This document shows, in pieces, positions 59,501-64,000 of a DNA stretch of 64,000 nt (positions are counted from its first letter, which is position 1; every line of letters begins with the position of its first letter). Both the position numbers and the translations under genes were made by a program. Source of the stretch: an uncultured Flavobacteriaceae bacterium (GTDB lineage: Bacteria; Bacteroidota; Bacteroidia; NS11-12g; UBA955); assembly GCA_964586595.1 (NCBI GenBank), contig CAZPHB010000001.1, positions 196,852-260,851 of the forward strand, in the 5' to 3' direction. The notes beneath the pieces were generated by a model, which saw nothing but the letters and a program-made list of their open reading frames with translations, was not told the origin of the DNA and ran no database searches.

Positions 59501-59978
59501 CATGAGCATTTCCATCGTGATGACCGGTGTTGGCATTGTTGCACTTGCCGGAATAGTGGTGCGAAACGGCATCTTGTTGGTAGAATTTACTGAATTGCTG
59601 CGCAGCCATGGGGTTCCGCTAAAGGATGCCATCATTGAGGCCGGCCGCACCCGTATGACTCCGGTGCTGCTCACAGCTTCTGCAACCATCCTTGGACTGA
59701 TTCCACTGGCGGTGGGTTTGAACATAGATTTTGCCAAACTGTTTACCGAATTAAATCCGCATATTTTTATGGGCGGAGACAGTGTTGCCTTTTGGGGCCC
59801 ATTAAGCTGGACGATGATTTTCGGCCTCAGCTTTGCCACCTTCCTCACCCTGATCCTTGTTCCGGCGATGTATTTACTGAATGAACGCATGAAACAAAAG
59901 GTATTTGGATGGTTCGGGAAAACCTATGACCCGGATGCCGGCACCCAGCCGGATGCACTCAGCAAACTGGATATTTAA
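56535..59978 (+). CDS. Efflux RND transporter permease subunit (AcrB/CzcA family, HAE1-like).
   Basis: 1147 aa with a 12-TM layout, large periplasmic loops, and …ALGIVVDDAIVVIENT…. Confidence 0.93.
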   Translation: MNQKFKEFKPTSWSIDNKTSIFVVTLIVTLTGIISYIGLPKEKFPDIVIPTIYVQTIYPGSAPKDIENLITKPIEKKIKGINGLKKLTSQSVQDFSIIVAEFQTDVSVDQAKQKVKDEVDKARSELPSDLKQEPTVQEINFADLPILNINIAGDFELNKLKEYAEQAKDRIESLKEITRVDIIGALEREIQVNLDLYKMEAAGIGMDDAIRAIQYENVRIAGGNIDVANMKRSLSVVGEFKNPADVQNIIIRAQSGATVYLRDIAEVADGFKEKESYARLGGKNVITLNVIKRAGENLIDASDKCRNIMTELGETSYPKNLSVVLTGDQSTQTRVTLHDLINTIIIGFILVTIILMFFMGATNAIFVGLSVPLSMFLAFMVMPALGFSLNMIVLFSFLLALGIVVDDAIVVIENTHRIFANGKMPIVDAAKKAAGEVFLPVFSGTMTTLAPFVPLAFWQGIIGKFMYFLPVTLIITLLASLLVAYIINPVFAVQFMKPHHADGNKAGRKRMFRNVSIIAIGVAVIAYASGAANGFWGSTGFGVGNFVLLMYGIFSLHHFWLERVIRNFQERSWPNFQHKFKMLLIWCLKGSRPIWLLVFTIGLFFFSIVLTAIRKPNVLFFPVSEPNFVYVYLNVPVGSTPAYTDSITKIVEKRVYNTLGTKNPIVESVISNVAVGANDPQGGDRTVASHRAKVTIAFVEFSKRNGASTSEYLEKIRKSLKGIAGTEISVEQERAGPPTGKPINIEIRGDAFEELVRTAGGLKRFIEDKKIAGVEELKSDFVSSKPEIVVNIDRERANRQGISTGQIGMALRNSIYGAEASKFRDNNDDYPIQVRIKADQRNDVNALMNMKIGYRDMNMGGVFRQVPLSAVADISYTNTFGGINRINQKRVIVLGSNLLSGYSPNEVIPQIQQAVKEFSVPSGIEVALTGEQEQQAETQSFLGKAMGISLAIILLILVTQFNSISKPILILSEIIFSIIGVLLGLSIFNMSISIVMTGVGIVALAGIVVRNGILLVEFTELLRSHGVPLKDAIIEAGRTRMTPVLLTASATILGLIPLAVGLNIDFAKLFTELNPHIFMGGDSVAFWGPLSWTMIFGLSFATFLTLILVPAMYLLNERMKQKVFGWFGKTYDPDAGTQPDALSKLDI

Positions 59979-59995
59979 ACCAAAACACAATAATC

Positions 59996-60024
59996 AAAAG
60001 AGGAGCACACGCTCCTCTTTTGAT
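59996..60024 (+). terminator. Rho-independent terminator after the RND permease.
   Basis: AAAAGAGGAGC-acac-GCTCCTCTTTT perfect 11-bp stem, then TGATTATT. Confidence 0.75.
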
Positions 60025-60053
60025 TATTGCCGTTGCCTGCGTTATTTTGAATC

Positions 60054-60470
60054 ATGTTTTCAGACAACTGGCTGCTAGGAATCATTGCATTATTTCTGGG
60101 CATCAATATTTTCACAGCCATCAAAATGCGCGGCGCCACTGAACTGCTCAGCACCGAACAAAAGGCCCAATTGTTTAAGCTCTTTGGCAGTATGCGTATT
60201 TATTCCCTGTTACTTCTGAGTGCCGTAATTGCAGCTTTCCTTTATTTCTCACAAAAAGGCGCACAAAATCAAGAAGCCATCACCCTCATTTATTTCATTG
60301 CCTTGATCAGCATCACCCTGGGTATTGTATGGATGAGTGTGCGTAAACTGAAACAACATGCTTATCCTGCGGCATACATTAAGACCTATTTTATGGCACA
60401 TGCCCTACGCAATTTAGGTTTGCTCGCCATGCTCGCGTATCTGCTTTTAATAGGAAGATCCAGCTTTTAG
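60054..60470 (+). CDS. Hypothetical small membrane protein (about 4 TM helices).
   Basis: 138-aa ORF with hydrophobic segments. Follows the terminator, 71 bp upstream of the lipoprotein gene. No recognisable family. Confidence 0.4.
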   Translation: MFSDNWLLGIIALFLGINIFTAIKMRGATELLSTEQKAQLFKLFGSMRIYSLLLLSAVIAAFLYFSQKGAQNQEAITLIYFIALISITLGIVWMSVRKLKQHAYPAAYIKTYFMAHALRNLGLLAMLAYLLLIGRSSF

Positions 60471-60541
60471 ACCCTTGAATTCTCGCTGCGTTTGCTGAAG
60501 AAGCAATAAATGTTTCTTTTATTTGCGCTTTACGCATCAAG

Positions 60542-62155
60542 TTGAGGAACGGAAGGATCTTAGGGATTTTATCTGCCGTAGTCTTTTTTTCGGCATGCAT
60601 GAAGGATTCAGTGGATCAATTAACTTCACTGAAGGGCGCTTCATGGAACGGAACCTATGCCGTCCCATTAATCAATGCAGTGTTGGCGCCGGAAGATGCG
60701 CTGAAATTTACCGACGAATTCAGCAATATTGCCGCCTACCCTGATGGGCAGATGTTTGTTGCCTATGAACGAAAATCATTTTCCATCAGAGGACAAGATT
60801 ACTACAAACCATCATCGATAAACAATACGTTCAGCTACCGTTTGAACAGTGCCGAACAACAATTGCTGGAAGGCGGCTCTGTGGTGATGGAACGCGATCA
60901 AATCATCGACTGGTATCAGGGTGGAGCCACTATAGACTCCATTCAGTTCAAATCCGGCAAGTTGCGCGTGGAAGTAGAAAATTACATCCAGCACCAATTA
61001 TCCATTACCATACTCATTCTTGGAACCAAACCGGAAGGATTGCTCAGCAAAACGGTGGAAGTACCATGGAAAGGACCCGGAACCAAGGGTGGATTGGAAA
61101 TCAACCTGGCCGGACTGCTTGCCGACTTAACACGCGGACCGAAGGGCAACAATCAGTTTAGGGTGCGCATTCGGGCGGTGTTCAACAATACGCATGGCGG
61201 TGCCATCAATGGAACCGACCCGTTGAACCTGAACATCATTGCCAATGATTTCACCTGGATGCGTGCGCATGGTTTGTTTGCCGAAAAGAACATCCTTTCC
61301 AAAACTGAAGACTTGAGGCTTGGCTTGCTCTCCTCCGATTTTCTTGCACGCGGCACCAAATTCAAAGACGCACGATTAAAACTGAAGTGGCAGAACTCCT
61401 ATGCCCTTCCCTTGCAACTGAATGTAAACAGCCTGGGGTTCATTTTTGGGGATGGAAGCAGAAAACTGATTACCGGATTTGCCCCAAGTTACGAGGTCCC
61501 TGCTGCAAACAATCAAATCCTTTCCGCACAAACGGATTCTGTATATCTGAATGAAGGTAATTCCAATGTTTCAAACCTGGTTGATGCGCAACCTCATTAC
61601 CTGTTTTGGAATGAAGCCATCCTGGTAAAATCCGGTGCCGGCAGCAGCCGTCATACCATTTGGGCCGAAAGCGTGTGTACCTTTAGTGTTTCCCTGGAAT
61701 TGCCTTTGTACGTTGCATCCGAAGAAATGATACTCAGCGGTTCCACCGATATTAAAGCGGAATGGAAGGAAGAAGTTGCCAAGGCCAATTGGATCAACCT
61801 GCGTTTTCAAATCAAAAACCAGATTCCGCTGTCGCTGCAGCTTCAGGCCTACCTGCTCGATGCACAAAACAACATTCTTGATTCCCTGATCAAACCCAGC
61901 CAGGAACTCTTCCCTTCTGCATATACTGATTCATTGGGAAATGTGGTAAAGGACAAGGAGCAAATCTTGGATGTGCGGTTGGATCAGACAGGGTTGCAAC
62001 GATTCCTGCAAGCTAAGAGCATCCACCTGAAGGCAATAACAAATACAGGAAATTATTTAGGAAGGCCTCTAGGATTGAGCAAAATCATCAAAGGGCAACA
62101 ACTGTTCATCAAACTTGGTATTCAATCCAGTTTAAACCTGCACTGGAAGTTTTAA
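60542..62155 (+). CDS. Hypothetical lipoprotein (537 aa), family not recognised. TTG start.
   Basis: MRNGRILGILSAVVFFSAC carries a lipobox Cys. Predicted beta-rich. A 6-bp gap to the next gene suggests translational coupling. Confidence 0.55.
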   Translation: MRNGRILGILSAVVFFSACMKDSVDQLTSLKGASWNGTYAVPLINAVLAPEDALKFTDEFSNIAAYPDGQMFVAYERKSFSIRGQDYYKPSSINNTFSYRLNSAEQQLLEGGSVVMERDQIIDWYQGGATIDSIQFKSGKLRVEVENYIQHQLSITILILGTKPEGLLSKTVEVPWKGPGTKGGLEINLAGLLADLTRGPKGNNQFRVRIRAVFNNTHGGAINGTDPLNLNIIANDFTWMRAHGLFAEKNILSKTEDLRLGLLSSDFLARGTKFKDARLKLKWQNSYALPLQLNVNSLGFIFGDGSRKLITGFAPSYEVPAANNQILSAQTDSVYLNEGNSNVSNLVDAQPHYLFWNEAILVKSGAGSSRHTIWAESVCTFSVSLELPLYVASEEMILSGSTDIKAEWKEEVAKANWINLRFQIKNQIPLSLQLQAYLLDAQNNILDSLIKPSQELFPSAYTDSLGNVVKDKEQILDVRLDQTGLQRFLQAKSIHLKAITNTGNYLGRPLGLSKIIKGQQLFIKLGIQSSLNLHWKF

Positions 62156-62161
62156 ATCAAC

Positions 62162-63586
62162 ATGAATTGCAGGCTGCTGGTTTCTCTGAGTACGATATTT
62201 TGTATCCTAACCCAAATCAAGGCCCAGGAAGCATTCGGTTTGTATCATGCTGCTCAGGTACCTCAACAAAACTTGTTAAACCCGGCAACACGCAATAAGG
62301 CAGGTACTGTTTTGGGAATACCTGCATTAAGCGCAACGGAATTTATTTATTTCAACAGCAGCTTTACCCTGCGCGATTTGTTGGGCAGCGTGGATCGACA
62401 ACCTGATTCCGCCACCCTGAACCTGAATAAGGTGGTTGATTTGCTTCAGAACAAAAACCTGATCACCGCCAAATTAAACCAACAATGGCTTTATGCATCG
62501 TTCAGAAAAGGCCCGAATCAATGCACATTCCACGCAGGCGAACGGGCCCTTTTCAGGTTAAAATACCCTAAAGACTTATTCGACCTGATCATTAATGGAA
62601 ATGGTGCTGACAAGCTCGGATCTACCTTTAACCTGAAAAGTTCATTTAGTGCATTGCACTACCGTGAGTACGGTATTGGATATACGCGTTACATCAATGA
62701 CCAATTGTCCTTGGGTGCTAGGATAAAGTTTCTTAAAGGATACTCCATCGTTGATGCATCCCAATTGCAATTGAATCTTAATACGGGTTCTGACATATAC
62801 ACCTGGACGGCTACATCAAACATCAATATCCGTGCTGCGAGCACCGCATTCTCAGCCACCGAAACCAATGCACAAATCGAAGTTGCAAATCTGTTCAGAA
62901 ATTCAACAAACCCGGGAATGGCCCTTGACATCGGCATCGTTTGGCAGGAACACCCCAGAATAACACTTTCGGCATCATTACTCGACTTCGGTTTTATCAA
63001 TTGGAAAACCAATGCCGTGCGCTTGAGAAGCACAAAACCCAACGCCTCATTCAGCTTTGAAGGGCTTCCAATTACCTCTACAGAAGATGACCTCAACGCA
63101 TACCTGTTAAAAATCAGGGACAGCATCAACCTGAGCCTGGGCCTGGACACCATCAATGCGAGTTTCAACAAAGCCCTGGCGGCGCAGTTCCTCGGAGGAG
63201 TTCAGTACCAGATTCATGAACGTTTTGCCATAAATGGACTGTTTTATTGTGATATCATGAATCAGGCGGTGAATCCCGCTGTGCACACGGGCATCAGGTG
63301 GCAACCGGTATATTGGCTCTACCTGATGGCACACAATACTTCATTCAACAAAACTCTACTGAACCCCGGATTTGGGGCCACTGTTCAGGTCGGAAAGTTG
63401 CAATGGTACGCCTCGACAGAGCAGGTACTTGGACTGATGATGCCAGACCAATACAAAAACTTCACATTTCGCTGTGGGGTGAATGTCTTAATTCAGAAGG
63501 ATGAGCGCAGTTTGAAACGCATCAAAGACCCTGAACAACTGAATCTGATGAATGGTATTCAGGAAATGGAACAATGGGGCCGTTGA
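62162..63586 (+). CDS. Hypothetical secreted outer-membrane-type protein (474 aa), possibly a beta-barrel; family not recognised (it may be a DUF5723-like Bacteroidota family).
   Basis: Signal peptide MNCRLLVSLSTIFCILTQIKAQEA; rich in aromatics, Gly and Asn with alternating strands. Confidence 0.55.
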   Translation: MNCRLLVSLSTIFCILTQIKAQEAFGLYHAAQVPQQNLLNPATRNKAGTVLGIPALSATEFIYFNSSFTLRDLLGSVDRQPDSATLNLNKVVDLLQNKNLITAKLNQQWLYASFRKGPNQCTFHAGERALFRLKYPKDLFDLIINGNGADKLGSTFNLKSSFSALHYREYGIGYTRYINDQLSLGARIKFLKGYSIVDASQLQLNLNTGSDIYTWTATSNINIRAASTAFSATETNAQIEVANLFRNSTNPGMALDIGIVWQEHPRITLSASLLDFGFINWKTNAVRLRSTKPNASFSFEGLPITSTEDDLNAYLLKIRDSINLSLGLDTINASFNKALAAQFLGGVQYQIHERFAINGLFYCDIMNQAVNPAVHTGIRWQPVYWLYLMAHNTSFNKTLLNPGFGATVQVGKLQWYASTEQVLGLMMPDQYKNFTFRCGVNVLIQKDERSLKRIKDPEQLNLMNGIQEMEQWGR

Positions 63587-63599
63587 TGGATGCCCTGCA

Positions 63600-64000
63600 T
63601 CACTGAGTATCGTATGCCCAGCGGATATACAGGCTTCCCCAGGTGAAACCACCTCCAAAGGCAGCTAAAATCAAATTATCACCTTTCTTCAATTGACGTT
63701 CATAATCCCACATCAACAGCGGAAGCGTTGCAGATGTAGTGTTTCCATAACGTTCAATATTCATGAGCACTTTTTCTTCAGGAAGACCCATGATTTCGGC
63801 GGTGTAATCAATGATTCGCTTATTGGCCTGATGTGGAACCAGCCATTGCACATCGTCGGCGGTCAGGCCATTGCGATCCATGATGCGTTTGGAAACATCG
63901 GCCATGTTGGAAGTAGCGAATTTGAATACTGTTTTACCTTCCTGATAAACGAAATGTTCCCTGGCATCTATGGTTTCATGCGTTGGCGGCTTCAAACTTC
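63600..64000 (-). CDS. fabH: Beta-ketoacyl-ACP synthase III; the C-terminal part only, as the 5' end lies beyond the window.
   Basis: …[69 protein letters not shown]… is the canonical FabH C-terminus. Confidence 0.85.
   Translation of the reverse strand, partial: SLKPPTHETIDAREHFVYQEGKTVFKFATSNMADVSKRIMDRNGLTADDVQWLVPHQANKRIIDYTAEIMGLPEEKVLMNIERYGNTTSATLPLLMWDYERQLKKGDNLILAAFGGGFTWGSLYIRWAYDTQ

Noticed and set aside
1-64000. Search for tRNA/rRNA genes, CRISPR arrays, IS elements and integrases
   Set aside because: No tRNA T-arm or D-arm consensus (GTTCGA / GGTTCGAATCC-like) was found in any intergenic gap. No long arrays of direct repeats with unique spacers, and no transposase or integrase ORFs, were found. 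All gaps are under 250 bp.

Overview
This 64 kb window looks like a chromosomal segment from a Bacteroidota genome. Three secreted proteins end in T9SS-type C-terminal sorting domains (…YPNPxxx…), and candidate Bacteroidetes-style TAnnTTTG -7 promoter boxes sit upstream of some genes; both point to that phylum. Genes are densely packed, with many 1–30 nt overlaps, and the content is mostly housekeeping:
- miaA, a TerC-family membrane protein, dapD and purH.
- A complete rod-shape operon, mreB-mreC-mreD-mrdA(PBP2)-rodA, with a stand-alone mnmD fused to its 3' end.
- HMG-CoA lyase, DPP-IV, sucC, mscL, tsaC/yrdC, holA, sppA and fabH (partial at the 3' edge).
- DNA-repair genes: uvrA, recQ and a class-I photolyase.
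- A TetR–TolC–MFP–RND efflux operon preceded by an apparently orphan sensor histidine kinase.
- No rRNA, tRNA, CRISPR array, transposase or integrase was found.

The less ordinary items are:
1. A light-sensing module: a MerR/B12-binding CarH/LitR-like regulator placed head-to-head, with no intergenic space, against a TIGR01777 epimerase–photolyase operon.
2. A candidate SOS-type operon: a DnaQ-exonuclease+GIY-YIG (Cho-like) nuclease followed by an XRE-HTH/S24 LexA-like repressor.
3. A tight four-gene minus-strand cluster: a T9SS-secreted beta-lactamase-fold hydrolase, an FAD oxidoreductase, an unknown 183-aa protein and an SDR.
4. An uncharacterised, slightly AT-richer three-gene module at the 3' end: a small membrane protein, a 537-aa lipoprotein and a 474-aa secreted outer-membrane-type protein.
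5. A perfect 10-bp inverted repeat that looks like the TetR operator.
6. A pRiA4b-ORF3-like protein with a poly-Asp tail encoded by a (GAY)n repeat.
7. A split MnmC, with mnmD in the rod-shape operon and a candidate oxidase half about 22 kb away.

I could not recognise the gene families for item 4 from sequence alone, so its status as novel is an open question, not a conclusion. Many long ORFs in the track are antisense shadows of real genes and were rejected.
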